Below, piece after piece: positions 1 to 9,837 of a stretch of 64,000 nucleotides of DNA (positions are counted from its first letter, which is position 1; every line of letters starts with the position of its first letter). Source of the stretch: an uncultured delta proteobacterium (GTDB taxonomy: Bacteria; Desulfobacterota; RBG-13-43-22); NCBI GenBank assembly GCA_963843145.1, contig CAWJJC010000022.1:1-64000 (forward strand), written 5' to 3'. A model generated the notes under the pieces. That model was not told the DNA's origin, did not search any database, and saw only the letters and a program-made list of their open reading frames with translations. The translations under genes were made by a program, and so were the position numbers.

Positions 1-377
1 GAGATCCGCTTCCCGCCATTTTCGCCGGCCGTTGGGCAGCTTCCTTTCGTAATTGCCGAAGTGATCGCCACCCAGGCTTTTGCCCCGGAGTTCCCTTAAG
101 GCCCACAGGTTTTACCATGCTTCCACCCGGCCGTTTTCGCCTCCTGTTTGGTTACGAACTTCAAAGGTAAATGGCTATTTCCTGACTGGTTCAAAGTCCT
201 GAGGACCTCGACCAGTTCGGCTTGGTCTATCTTGATTGGCAGTTTCCCGGAAAGCTCGTGAACGACGGATTCACAAGTGGCCGCCAGCAACATTCCATTT
301 GAAAGCGGGCTGCCCGGAAAAATAACTGCCATTAGAATAATCCCTAGGTAGCCAAGAGACTGGACGATAAACTTCAT
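1..377 (-). pseudogene. Barnase/N1-T1-family secreted ribonuclease, frameshifted near 110-113, runs off window start
   Basis: Signal-like N-terminus, then LPLKFVTKQEAKTAGW. After adding one base in the A4 run the frame continues LWALRELRGKSLGGDHFGNYERKLPNGRRKWREADL, matching barnase LPDNYITKSEAQALGW...GKSIGGDIFSNREGKLP...WREADI. Confidence 0.8.
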
Positions 378-400
378 GGATTTCCTACCGTAACCCTACC

Positions 401-834
401 CTATCCGGTTGAAACCTTCTTCAATGGATTTACGAACCGCACGCCTTCTATCACGGCCCCCCATTGAAATCCTCTGAAAGAATGAGCGGAATCTGGTGTA
501 ATCGCGCCGAAGCCCATATCTGGGCATCCCAATAGGCCATTTTGTAGGTCGAACTCCACGCACCGCCTCCAGTATGATCAGCCGCTCAAATCCAATATCT
601 CCCAGGACAAAAGGTAGTTCTGGATTCGGTCGTAGACCTCTTCCCCGGTCAATGGCTTTTCCAACTTACGCGTCGCATTGACGAAAAATTCCGCCAATAC
701 CTGAGGCGTCAGTACTCCCAGACGCAAGGTGGCGAGATGGTCTAAAACCGCAACCGCCTGAGATTGCTTTTCCGGTTCACCCTGGTCATAAGCATAAAGC
801 AGGTATTGGTATCCACCAAGATCTTATCGGCCAT
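401..834 (-). pseudogene. PIN-domain (VapC-like) toxin with at least 4 single-base deletions
   Basis: Manual translation across frames gives MADKILVDTN/LLYAYD...QVLAEFFVNATRKL...YWDAQIWASARLHQIPLILSEDFN/GAVIEGVRFVNP, with the PIN acidic motifs. Not in the ORF track. Confidence 0.8.
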
Positions 835-1100
835 AGCGCGCTAGTCTCTCTTCGTAGGCTTCTTCCCGCCTGAATTTTCGACCACCGGAAGAGGTTTTCC
901 GGCCATTCGTTGAGCAATAAAGGCCTTTTCTCGTTCCCAGGCTGAAAGATCTCGAAGACCGGGAACCAGAAAAGCCATCTGCCGGTCTATGGCTCGGCGC
1001 ATAATCTCCGCCTCTGTAATCCCCAACTTTTTCGCCTGCCTTTTAAGGTTTACATCCTGCAGGGGTTCAAATAAACTTGCTTTCGGATCATCTGTGCCAT
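824..1100 (-). pseudogene. Ribbon-helix-helix antitoxin, frameshifted twice
   Basis: ATG at 1100 with GGAGG RBS; MAQMIRKQVY/EPLQDVNLKRQAKKLGITEAEIMRRAID.../GGRKFRREEAYEERLARYGR*; overlaps the PIN start. Confidence 0.7.
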
Positions 1101-1136
1101 ATCCGTGCCTCCCTAAAGAGCGACTATATACATTAC

Positions 1137-1166
1137 ATTGTACATCGTAACCCTTCGGAATGTCAA
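1137..1166 (-). promoter_or_regulatory. Putative sigma70 promoter of the first TA locus
   Basis: TTGACA-18 nt-TACAAT on the minus strand, with repeated ATGTA motifs as possible operators. Confidence 0.55.
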
Positions 1167-1265
1167 GAGGGATATCAAACGGAAAAAGGATTGCAGTAAG
1201 AACAATTTCTCCTTGCCTAGAATCAGCCAAACTGACAATCTCAAAAACAACTAGAAAAGAGGCCG

Positions 1266-2750
1266 ATGTTGCACCCTAAAAACATAACCGGGGAAGAAGA
1301 ACACCATCCCCGGCACCAAACTCAAAACCCGGTAACGAAAGGCTCTCCCCATAAATGGCTTTCCCTGGCGGCGGTGGGGTTGGGCGTCCTGATGGCCACC
1401 ATAGACATCAGTGTCATCAACGTTTCGCTGCCCACCCTGGTGCAGGCGCTTCGGACCGATTTCCCCACCATCCAGTGGGTTATCCTCTCTTATATCCTGG
1501 TAATCACCTCGACCATGCTGACCATGGCCCGACTGGGCGATATGGTGGGGAAAAAACGGATATATCAGTTGGGCTTGGCCATCTTTACCCTGGGTTCTTT
1601 TTTATGCGCCTTGTCTCCCACCGTCTATTGGCTGATCGGCTTCCGGGCCCTGCAGGGCTGCGGGGCCGTCATGGTCCAATCCCTGGGGATCGCCCTGGTT
1701 ACCGAAGCCTTCCCGGCCCAAGAGCGCGGCCGGGCACTGGGAATCTCCGGCGGGATCGTTTCGGTCGGGCTGGCGCTCGGGCCGCCGATAGGAGGCCTGA
1801 TCATCGGGCTGGCCAGTTGGCACTGGATTTTCCTGATCAATATTCCCATCGGCCTCCTGGCCATCGGGGCTACCGGCCTGTTTATTCCTTCCCGTAAAAC
1901 AAAAAGGGGAGACCAGCGTTTCGACGTCCTGGGCGGACTGGTCTTGTTGGCTACCATCATCGCTTATGCCCTGGGCATGACCATAGGCCAACATCTGGGC
2001 TTCAATAATGCCAAGGTTTTATTGCTCCTGTCGGGTGCCGGCCTGGGACTCGGGCTGTTCGTTCGCGTGGAAAAAAAATCGCCCCAGCCTATGCTGAATC
2101 CGCAGCTTTTTAAAAACACCCTGTTTTCCATCAACCTGCTCATGGGCTGGCTGGTATTTATCGTGCTAGGCGGAACGTTTACCCTGCCCTTCTATCTGGA
2201 GCTGGTCAAAGGCTATCCCATCGAGAAAGTCGGTCTGTTGATGATGGTCGTACCGATATCCATGGGGCTGATTTCCATTATCGCCGGGGCCTTGTCCGAC
2301 CGGTTCGGTCCCCGGGGGATCAGTCTGTTAGGCCTCATGCTGCTGGTCCTCGGCTGCCTGTCCATTAGCGACCTGAAAGTCGAAACGACCGCCGTGGGCT
2401 ATATCTTCCACCTGCTGCCGCTCGGGTTGGGGCTGGGACTTTTTCTGGCTCCCAACAACAGCGCGGTTATGGGCGGGGCACCCAAAGAACATTTGGGTGT
2501 GGCCTCAGGACTGCTGGCCCTTTCCCGGACCATGGGGCACACCACCGGGATTCCTCTGGCCGGCGTGCTGTTCACCACCGGGATGATGGCTTCCGGCCGG
2601 GTCCGATCGGCCGCCGACCTTTCCCTGGCCCCACCGCAGGACCTGGTAAATGGCCTGGCAACCACCTTTCACACCACCGCCCTGATGATCGCTACCGCAA
2701 CTGTTCTGGCCGCCCTGGCCCTTTGGCTGGACCGCCGCCGGCCAACCTGA
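1266..2750 (+). CDS. MFS drug:H+ antiporter, DHA2 (EmrB/QacA) family
   Basis: About 14 hydrophobic segments; motifs DISVINVSLP, ARLGDMVGKK, GFRALQGCG, GPPIGG, WHWIFLINIPIG. Confidence 0.9.
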   Translation: MLHPKNITGEEEHHPRHQTQNPVTKGSPHKWLSLAAVGLGVLMATIDISVINVSLPTLVQALRTDFPTIQWVILSYILVITSTMLTMARLGDMVGKKRIYQLGLAIFTLGSFLCALSPTVYWLIGFRALQGCGAVMVQSLGIALVTEAFPAQERGRALGISGGIVSVGLALGPPIGGLIIGLASWHWIFLINIPIGLLAIGATGLFIPSRKTKRGDQRFDVLGGLVLLATIIAYALGMTIGQHLGFNNAKVLLLLSGAGLGLGLFVRVEKKSPQPMLNPQLFKNTLFSINLLMGWLVFIVLGGTFTLPFYLELVKGYPIEKVGLLMMVVPISMGLISIIAGALSDRFGPRGISLLGLMLLVLGCLSISDLKVETTAVGYIFHLLPLGLGLGLFLAPNNSAVMGGAPKEHLGVASGLLALSRTMGHTTGIPLAGVLFTTGMMASGRVRSAADLSLAPPQDLVNGLATTFHTTALMIATATVLAALALWLDRRRPT

Positions 2751-2820
2751 AGAATTTCTACCGTCATCAAGAAGATAGCCAGGGAGACCGTTTCCCTCGA
2801 TCCGTTCCTTTAGGAAAGGC

Positions 2821-5526
2821 TCAGGCCGCCCGGCCTATCGCTTCCAGGTCGATAAATCGGGCGGCCGTCAAACCCCGGTATCTTTCCGGGTGACAGGTGA
2901 TGATCAGGATCTGGAGTCGCTGGGCGGATTCTTCCAAAACGTCCAGCACCCGGGCCATGCGGGCGGCGTCGGTAAAGGTCAGCACGTCATCCAGGACCAC
3001 CAATTGGCGCTCAGAGGAGGCCAGCAGTTCGGCCAGGGCCAGCCGGGTGGCCAGATAAATCTGCTCCCGTTCTCCGCCGGAAACCTGGTCCAGGGGAACG
3101 CCGACTCCGGCCGGATCCGGAATCACCTCCGGGGTATTCAGCCCCGCGTTTAATTTGAGCGGACCGGGTCTTTTCCCGGCTATGCGCTGCAGGATATAAT
3201 TGGCTTTCTTCTCCACCGGGGCCACGAGCCCCGCGGTCATTTCCGCCCGGCATTCTTTCAGGGTCTCGAAAAGCAGCCGGACGGCATTGACCTGCAGGGT
3301 TTCGGCCGCCAGCTCCCGCTCCAGTTCGGCCGTCTCCTCTTCGGCCCGACTCAGCAAGGTGTAGGCCCCCTGGCCCCCCAATTGGCGCAGCGCTCCCTCA
3401 GTAACTTTTTCATCCGCCAGCGCCCGGCGGGAGGTATCCCAGGCAGCCTCGAGGCGCTTCTGTAAACGCTCCAGCGTTGCCAAGGGATCTTCGTCGTACC
3501 CGGCCAGTTTCTTTTCCGCCTCCTGAAGCCCGGCCCGGGCCCCCTCAAATTCCAGGCCCGTCCGGGCCAGCTCTTCGGCCAGGGACTTTTCATCGCCGAC
3601 CTCTTTCAAGCGGTTGACCAGCTTGGCTTCCAGGGATTGGACCAGGTTCTGATTCCGGGCCAGCTCCCCTTCCAGGTGGGATATCCGGCTGGCGGCCCCG
3701 GAAAGACTGATCTGGGCCTTCTCCCACTCCCCTTCCGCCTTTTCCACTTCCCGGACAAATTGTTCCTTGATGGTCCGGAATTCCCGCTGCAGCCGGTCAC
3801 TTTCCGGAAGATTGTTCTCCCACTGCGGATACTTGTTCAAAAGGGTGGCCATCCGGCTTTCCAGGAGGGCCCGCCGCCCCTGAAGTAACTCGGGGGCTTC
3901 CCCGGCCAGCAGGGTTTCCAGGCGGGTCCGGTGTTCACCTATCCGGGCTTCCAGTTCCCGGGCCTGTTCTTCCCGCCGTTCCAGTTCCTCCAGCGGAACG
4001 GAACCATAGAATTCGGTCTGCTTTCTGATTTTCTCCTCGGCCCGTTCCGAGTTTTTCCTCAGCTCTCCAATGGAACCGGCCGGTCCTCTGGCCCGGATCC
4101 GGGCGATCCCCGGCAAGTTGACGGCGACTTCCGGGGAGCCCTTGATCCGGATCGGGACCCCGGGGTTCAAGGGTACCGGACCGGTCTGCTCTCCGGCGAG
4201 CACCTCGGCGGAGCCCGCGGCCTCCGGGACGATTTCCAGGGTGATCAGGGCATTTTCCAAACGCAACCGCGCCTCGTTTTTTTCGGAGATGGCTTTCCGC
4301 AGGACCGTCAATTCCCGGGAGGACGGGGCGACCAGACGGCTTCTTTCCTCCTGGATGGAAAGCAGCGCTTTTTGAGTTTCCTGGATTTTGCCGAGGCGCC
4401 GGGTCAATTCGCCGGACTGATTTTTTTGAACCAGAAAGGCGGCCGCGTCATCGGCCGCTTCCTGGGCCAGATCCACTTTCTTCCGGCCCAGCCGCGCATC
4501 TTCCAGGGCCGCCTTAGCCCCATTGGCGGCCCGCTGCAGTTCTTCCACTTCTCGTTTCTGCAGGGGAAGGTCCCGGCTGCTTTTTTCCAGGTTAGCCCGG
4601 GACGTCTGAAGTTCCTCCCGGGTAGACCGGATGCCTTCCTCCTGCTGTTTCCAATGCCGGTAACGGGCCTCCAGGGCCTGGAGCCGGGCCTCTCTTTCTT
4701 TTTTCTCCGACAGCAATCCCCGGTAGGCCTCGGTCCTGGCCTGGTGGGTCGCCAGGACCCTTTGAATCTCTTCGGCTTCATGACGAGCCTGGCTGCTTTT
4801 GAGCTGGAAATCCCGAACCTTTCGAGAGAGATCGTCATATTCTTCAAGCCTTCTCAAGGCCTCGGCCCGCCTTTCCACGGCCTTTTGCAAGGCCTCTTTC
4901 AGTTGGACCAATCGGGGAGCGTTTTTGCCGGAAAGGAGCTTGCCGCCCGGCGTGAAAAACTGGGCATAGCGGGCTTCGATCAACTTTTCCACCGGCCCGG
5001 CGCCTTCGACCTGGGCACCCAGAGACGTGCGGATATCCGCCAGGACCTCTCCCGACAGGGCCACCAGGGACAGGTCCCCCTGGGGGGCCCATAAGACCTG
5101 AGCCAGTCCCCAGTGTTCCGCCCTGGCCAGGCCTTTAACCGGCGCGTTCCGGGTCAGGACGGCCCGGACCCGTTCGTCGGCCGACGGGCCTTCGGCCAGG
5201 GGAACCAAGCGTCCGTTTTCTTCCCGTTCGAGTTTAGAAAAGGGCTGGTCCAGGAACCGCTTGGTGATCCGAAAGGTCGCTCCCTGATGTTCGAAAAGAA
5301 CCTGCACCGTAGGAGCCAGTTCCCTTTTCCAGGGCTTGATGGCTTCAATGTCTTTCCCCCCAACCTTATGATTATCAAGCAGCGCCCGGCGGAGGGCCTC
5401 AAAAAGGGTGGTTTTCCCGCAGGCATTGGGGGCAAAAAGGATGTTCAGCTTCTCATCAAAGGGTCCGACCACAATGGGGTCCAGGAAGCAGCGCCACCCT
5501 TGAACCATAATAGACCGAAGGATCAT
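2821..5526 (-). CDS. SMC/SbcC-like (YhaN-like) ABC ATPase with long coiled coil
   Basis: Walker A APNACGKTT, heptad coiled coils, signature VSGGEREQ, Walker B VVLDD, H-switch ITCH. Confidence 0.85.
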   Translation of the reverse strand: MILRSIMVQGWRCFLDPIVVGPFDEKLNILFAPNACGKTTLFEALRRALLDNHKVGGKDIEAIKPWKRELAPTVQVLFEHQGATFRITKRFLDQPFSKLEREENGRLVPLAEGPSADERVRAVLTRNAPVKGLARAEHWGLAQVLWAPQGDLSLVALSGEVLADIRTSLGAQVEGAGPVEKLIEARYAQFFTPGGKLLSGKNAPRLVQLKEALQKAVERRAEALRRLEEYDDLSRKVRDFQLKSSQARHEAEEIQRVLATHQARTEAYRGLLSEKKEREARLQALEARYRHWKQQEEGIRSTREELQTSRANLEKSSRDLPLQKREVEELQRAANGAKAALEDARLGRKKVDLAQEAADDAAAFLVQKNQSGELTRRLGKIQETQKALLSIQEERSRLVAPSSRELTVLRKAISEKNEARLRLENALITLEIVPEAAGSAEVLAGEQTGPVPLNPGVPIRIKGSPEVAVNLPGIARIRARGPAGSIGELRKNSERAEEKIRKQTEFYGSVPLEELERREEQARELEARIGEHRTRLETLLAGEAPELLQGRRALLESRMATLLNKYPQWENNLPESDRLQREFRTIKEQFVREVEKAEGEWEKAQISLSGAASRISHLEGELARNQNLVQSLEAKLVNRLKEVGDEKSLAEELARTGLEFEGARAGLQEAEKKLAGYDEDPLATLERLQKRLEAAWDTSRRALADEKVTEGALRQLGGQGAYTLLSRAEEETAELERELAAETLQVNAVRLLFETLKECRAEMTAGLVAPVEKKANYILQRIAGKRPGPLKLNAGLNTPEVIPDPAGVGVPLDQVSGGEREQIYLATRLALAELLASSERQLVVLDDVLTFTDAARMARVLDVLEESAQRLQILIITCHPERYRGLTAARFIDLEAIGRAA

Positions 5527-6650
5527 CAGGCCCCCCCCTTCGAGAGGAGAAAAAGCTCCATCAAAGCCTGGGCGGCGGTCTCCGGGGAGGCTCCCTCCGG
5601 ACGGGGTCCGGGGAATCCGGGATCGGAAAGCTGACGTATTCGGGATGCGGTTTCCCGGAGGATGCCGGGAGGAAGATCGGCCATCCAGGTCTCGTCTTCG
5701 GGAGAGGGTTGCAGCCGGGAGAGGTCCACATCCCGGTAGAGAAAGCGGGCGTTGATGATCTCTTGGAGGTGAACGAGTTCTCCCTGTTCTTCGGCCCGGA
5801 GAAATCCGGATACCTTCAAGGCCAGCAAGGTGTTTTCCGGCCGGGGCCAGGACTCGATCTTCTCTTTGAGCCGATTCAAGTCGCCCTCTTTCCGGAGGTC
5901 GGCCTCCAACACCTCCCAGGCCAACCCGCCGACGGTCATCGGGGTAATCCGGGGGGGTGATTTCGGGGCGTCGATCTCCACGATCAGGATCTTCCCGCTG
6001 TCCCGCTCCCCGAAACGGGAAGGTTCGGGAGTACCGGGATAGGCCGTGCGGGTGACCGCCTGGCCCTCCGGGAAAAGGGCCAGGGAATGCCAGTGGCCCA
6101 GGGCCAGGTAATCCAATCCCGCCCGGGAGGCCGCATTCCGGGGAATGGGGAGTTCCAGGTCGTCCCCGCCGACCCCTTCAAAGGAGCCGTGGGCCAGGCC
6201 GACGCGGATTTCGGAGGTGGTTTCCAGGGGTATCCAGGAGGTAAGGTCTTTCCGGGAAAATTTTTCCCGGACCGGGCAGGGGTACAGCCGGCCCCCGGGC
6301 AGGGGTACCGGCTTTTCCTCGGAAAGTATTTGAATGTTGGGCTTTGAGCTCCAGGAGGGGTGCTCCCAGACGGCTCCGGGAACCAGGGGATCATGGTTTC
6401 CGGGGATCAGATAAACCGGGAGATCGATACTGCCCAGCAGGTCGGCCGTCTGCTGGATCAGGACGCGCTCCACCGCGTTGTCCTCGAAGGTGTCGCCGGC
6501 CAGGAGGATGAAATCAACGTGTTGATCCCCGGCCAAGCGGACGATCCGCTCCGCCGTTTTGAGCCGTTCGGCGCGGACCCGCTCCCCGGCCCCGCCCACC
6601 TGGACGGCCTTCATGCCCAGTTGCCAGTCTGCGGTATGGAGAAATTTCAT
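5526..6650 (-). CDS. Mre11/SbcD-like (YhaO-like) metallophosphoesterase nuclease
   Basis: HTADWQLG, AGDTFE, GNHD, AHGS, LGHWH, YPGTPE motifs; translationally coupled to the SMC-like gene. Confidence 0.88.
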   Translation of the reverse strand: MKFLHTADWQLGMKAVQVGGAGERVRAERLKTAERIVRLAGDQHVDFILLAGDTFEDNAVERVLIQQTADLLGSIDLPVYLIPGNHDPLVPGAVWEHPSWSSKPNIQILSEEKPVPLPGGRLYPCPVREKFSRKDLTSWIPLETTSEIRVGLAHGSFEGVGGDDLELPIPRNAASRAGLDYLALGHWHSLALFPEGQAVTRTAYPGTPEPSRFGERDSGKILIVEIDAPKSPPRITPMTVGGLAWEVLEADLRKEGDLNRLKEKIESWPRPENTLLALKVSGFLRAEEQGELVHLQEIINARFLYRDVDLSRLQPSPEDETWMADLPPGILRETASRIRQLSDPGFPGPRPEGASPETAAQALMELFLLSKGGA

Positions 6651-6753
6651 GAGAAATATCTTTTATCCCGTTGGGTACGTTTAAACAGTGGCTCTCCCCC
6701 TCCTCGTTCTATTCGACTCATTTCGCTTTTCCCCATTCTCCTTGACCGTAAAA

Positions 6754-8139
6754 TCATCCTCTGCCGCCTTTCAAAACTTCCCGCGCCGCCATGACTCCTG
6801 AAATCGAAGCCTGGATCAACCCGCGGGTTACTCCCGCACCGTCCCCGACGGCGAAAAGATTCCTGACTTCCGTTTCCAGGCCGGGGGTGAGCTTGAGCTT
6901 CATGGAGTAGAATTTGACTTCTACGCCGTAAAGAAGCGTATCGCCGGAGTTCACTCCGGGGGCCACGTTATCGAGCGCTTCGAGCATCTCCATCAGGTTG
7001 CTGAGATGCCGGTAGGGCAGCACGAAGCTCAGGTCTCCCGGGGTGGCGTCTTCCAGGGTGGGACGCACCGAGCCTTCGGCTATTCTCTCCGGCGTAGACC
7101 GTCGGCCCATCTTCAGATCGCCGAGCCGTTGGACGATGACGCCGCCGCCCAGCAGGTTGGCCAGGCCGGCGATGTACTTCCCATAGGATATCGGATCATT
7201 AAAGGGTCTGGTGAAATCGGTGCTCACCAGGAGGGCGAAGTTCGTATTTTCCGTCTTCTTGTTTTTGAAGCTGTGCCCGTTGACGCTGAAGATGCCTTCG
7301 CTATTTTCCTTGACCACCTCGCCATAGGGATTCATGCAGAACGTTCTGACTTTGTCGTGAAATCTTCTTGAGAAATAGATGAACTTCCCCTCATAAGCCA
7401 CATCCGTTATATCTTTCATTATCGCTGCCGGAAGTTCGACCCGGACCCCGATATCCACCGGATTCTTCTGGACCGAAAGATCCAATCGTTTGGCTTCTCC
7501 GGAAAGCCAGCTCGACCCTTCCCGGCCAACCGCGGTGATAACAAACCGGGACGCAAAGGTCCGCCCGTCTGCCATCCTGACCCCGGAAGCAAAGCCTTGG
7601 GTAGTCTGGATCTGCTCTACCGGCGAATCAAAGATTAGGTCAACCTTACCATCCAGCGCGTCCCGGATTTTGCGCAACACCTCTCCGCAGACCTCTGTGC
7701 CAATATGCCGGATCAATGCCGGAATGAGCTCCAGGTTATACCCGGCGGCTTTCTTCTTCAGACGGTCCAGGGCGTCCTTGTTCTGGCCGTGAATTTCGCC
7801 TCCGGCCCCGAAAAAGCAGTAAATCGAATCCACATACTCGATCAGGACGGCCAGATCTTCTTCGGAAACATACTCCTTAAGCCATCCCCCGAATTCCGAG
7901 GTCAGGGTGAGTTTCCCATCGCTATAGGCCCCGGCCCCTCCCCAGCCGCAGAGGATGCTGCAGAGGTCGCACTGGACACAGGGAATGGACGTTTCGGCCA
8001 TGGGACAACTTCTGGCCTGGATGTCGCTGCCTTTCTCGATCATCAGGATTTTCAAGCGGGGATTCTTGATGAGCTCCAGGGCGGCGAATATCCCCGCAGG
8101 ACCGGTGCCGATAATGATCACGTCGTAAGAGGGTGCCAT
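6754..8139 (-). CDS. FAD/NAD(P)-dependent oxidoreductase (COG2509-like)
   Basis: GTGPAG Rossmann motif, GWGGAGAYSDGKL, RTFCMNPYG, YGVEVKFYS, GDGAGVTRG. Confidence 0.85.
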   Translation of the reverse strand: MAPSYDVIIIGTGPAGIFAALELIKNPRLKILMIEKGSDIQARSCPMAETSIPCVQCDLCSILCGWGGAGAYSDGKLTLTSEFGGWLKEYVSEEDLAVLIEYVDSIYCFFGAGGEIHGQNKDALDRLKKKAAGYNLELIPALIRHIGTEVCGEVLRKIRDALDGKVDLIFDSPVEQIQTTQGFASGVRMADGRTFASRFVITAVGREGSSWLSGEAKRLDLSVQKNPVDIGVRVELPAAIMKDITDVAYEGKFIYFSRRFHDKVRTFCMNPYGEVVKENSEGIFSVNGHSFKNKKTENTNFALLVSTDFTRPFNDPISYGKYIAGLANLLGGGVIVQRLGDLKMGRRSTPERIAEGSVRPTLEDATPGDLSFVLPYRHLSNLMEMLEALDNVAPGVNSGDTLLYGVEVKFYSMKLKLTPGLETEVRNLFAVGDGAGVTRGLIQASISGVMAAREVLKGGRG

Positions 8140-8219
8140 GGTTAATCACCAACCCCAAAGGGTGTGCCTTCATAAATCATCAATGCTCTTCCTCTATTTC
8201 TCGCTGTTGGAATGACCCC

Positions 8220-8660
8220 TCAACATTGTAGACGCCGCTTGTGCCCGCAAGAAAGGCATTGCGGTTTGTGGACACATAGGAGTTCACCGCACTTTGGACA
8301 GGTCCACCTTTCTTTTTCGTCTCTAATGAATTGCCTCAGCCCGAATTTTCTGATGTTCTCAAGGTTGTCAATCACGCTCAGGCCATACCTGATTCTATAA
8401 CGCTTATCCAAATGGTTCATTTTATCACAAGGAAAAGAGTCGCAACGGAAGCAGTACTTGGCTTCGCCTTTCACTAATTCCCCACAGTTCTTGATACGGC
8501 ACGAAATGCAGGCCTGCGATTTGAAGCCGTCGTCGCCTCGGCAACCGGGACAGGCCTTTCTATCCCTGATAAAGGCCCGGCAGAGTCGGCAGTTCATTCC
8601 GCAGGGAGCAATCAGTTCCGTACGAATCGTATTTTTCTTGGTCGATCGTCCTGGCGGCAT
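8220..8660 (-). CDS. Cys-rich DUF3795-like protein (putative integron cassette gene)
   Basis: IAPCGMNCRLC, CPGC, CxxCxIKNC, YCFRCDSFPC, C-terminal CPKCG zinc ribbon; begins ~45 nt after GTTGGGC. Confidence 0.8.
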   Translation of the reverse strand: MPPGRSTKKNTIRTELIAPCGMNCRLCRAFIRDRKACPGCRGDDGFKSQACISCRIKNCGELVKGEAKYCFRCDSFPCDKMNHLDKRYRIRYGLSVIDNLENIRKFGLRQFIRDEKERWTCPKCGELLCVHKPQCLSCGHKRRLQC

Positions 8661-8704
8661 ATAAGGTATTCCCGCAAACGCGTGCCTTGTTTTCCTGCCT
8701 TGGT

Positions 8705-8759
8705 GCCCAACGCAAAATCAGCCGACTGGAAGGAGCCGGCCGGAATGAATGGGTAAACT
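8705..8759 (-). mobile_element. Degenerate short attC site
   Basis: Minus strand reads GTTTACC-cattc-ATTCCGGC...GCTGATT-ttgc-GTTGGGC, the R''/L''/L'/R' layout of a ~59-bp attC, directly after the phosphatase stop codon. Confidence 0.6.
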
Positions 8760-8761
8760 GC

Positions 8762-9619
8762 TCATTGGGTCAGTGACGGTTGTATGGCCAGCGCCGCGCT
8801 TTCGGCACCGCAATCGCGCGCAGGTTTCAGGCCTTTCCCCCGGACGTCGGCGAGCTCAGCCTTGGCGGCCTCCAGATCGGCGCGGAACGCCGGCTCGGCG
8901 TGCAGTCGAGCCACGGTGGCCGCGGCCATAAAACGGCCCTGAATCACGTCGCTGTGCCAATGCACGTTACAGACATTACGGCTCTCTCCGAAGGCTCGGC
9001 CCCGCAACAGGATAGCATCGGTCTGCTCCGGCGAAATCTCGGAGAGGACCAGCGCCCAACCCCAACCGACCGCGGTATGCCCGGACGGATAAGAACCATC
9101 CTTTCGCAGATGTGCTTCCTCAGCCGGAGTGCAGATGGGCTCTTTGTTCACTACAAAAGGGCGCGTGCGCTGGTAATGATACTTGGCCGCATAGGTAGAA
9201 AGTCCCACATCAGTCAACGTTCGGCGCAGCAGCAAGTACAACCGTGGCGTTTCTTCTTCGGTGATCGGGGCCTGCAAGGCGCAGGAAAATGTGCCGGCCG
9301 CGTTCGGAAAGGACAGATCGGCGTCGGAAACAGCCAGAGACCAGCGCGGTGTACCTCGTAAAGTGAAACTTCTCCGACTGATGTCCTCATCGAGCGCGAA
9401 GGCGGCCGAGCCTGCGGCGGGGGGAGGCGGAATCAAGACCTGGCTATTCGGGAGCGCTTGGGACTTTAGATATCCCGCGAGAATGCCCGGGCGGACCTCG
9501 GGCATGGCGGCCGGCCTGCTCCGGAGATCGTGGCCAGCACAACCCGCCACGATCACAACGCTCAGCAGTACCAGCAATAGCCTGCGCCACCCACCCCTGT
9601 TCGTAAAGTACAGCATCAA
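8762..9619 (-). CDS. Class A non-specific acid phosphatase (PAP2, PhoN/PhoC-like), lipoprotein-type signal
   Basis: KYHYQRTRP, SYPSGH and SRNVCNVHWHSD catalytic motifs; VAGC lipobox. Confidence 0.9.
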   Translation of the reverse strand: MMLYFTNRGGWRRLLLVLLSVVIVAGCAGHDLRSRPAAMPEVRPGILAGYLKSQALPNSQVLIPPPPAAGSAAFALDEDISRRSFTLRGTPRWSLAVSDADLSFPNAAGTFSCALQAPITEEETPRLYLLLRRTLTDVGLSTYAAKYHYQRTRPFVVNKEPICTPAEEAHLRKDGSYPSGHTAVGWGWALVLSEISPEQTDAILLRGRAFGESRNVCNVHWHSDVIQGRFMAAATVARLHAEPAFRADLEAAKAELADVRGKGLKPARDCGAESAALAIQPSLTQ

Positions 9620-9727
9620 AGAATATCCTTTCGCTCCATATATTTCCGCCTCAGGTGCTACGGGGTCCTAGTGCTTCCGGCTTCGAGGAGGATCCCTTCG
9701 TTGAGCCCATGTAGCCCTATATCAATC

Positions 9728-9837
9728 AGCTAACGGCGGCCATCACCGGCCCGAACCACGCCGCTATTGGTCTTGGAGACACTACCACCCACTGTGCTCG
9801 GCGTAGTTCGGATCCGCGTGCATGGCCACGATTGGAT
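9728..9837 (-). mobile_element. attC site (~110 bp)
   Basis: Minus strand ATCCAAT(R'')...GGCCATGCACGCGG-ATCCGAACTACGCCG...CGGCGTGGTTCGGG-CCGGTGATGGCC...GTTAGCT(R'); imperfect palindrome with two unpaired G in the L'' arm. Confidence 0.8.

Noticed and set aside
3931-5094. Long antisense ORFs (also 46274-47545, 17319-18197, 39350-40174, 49026-49856 and many others)
   Set aside because: Shadow frames of well-supported GC-rich genes on the opposite strand; no motifs.
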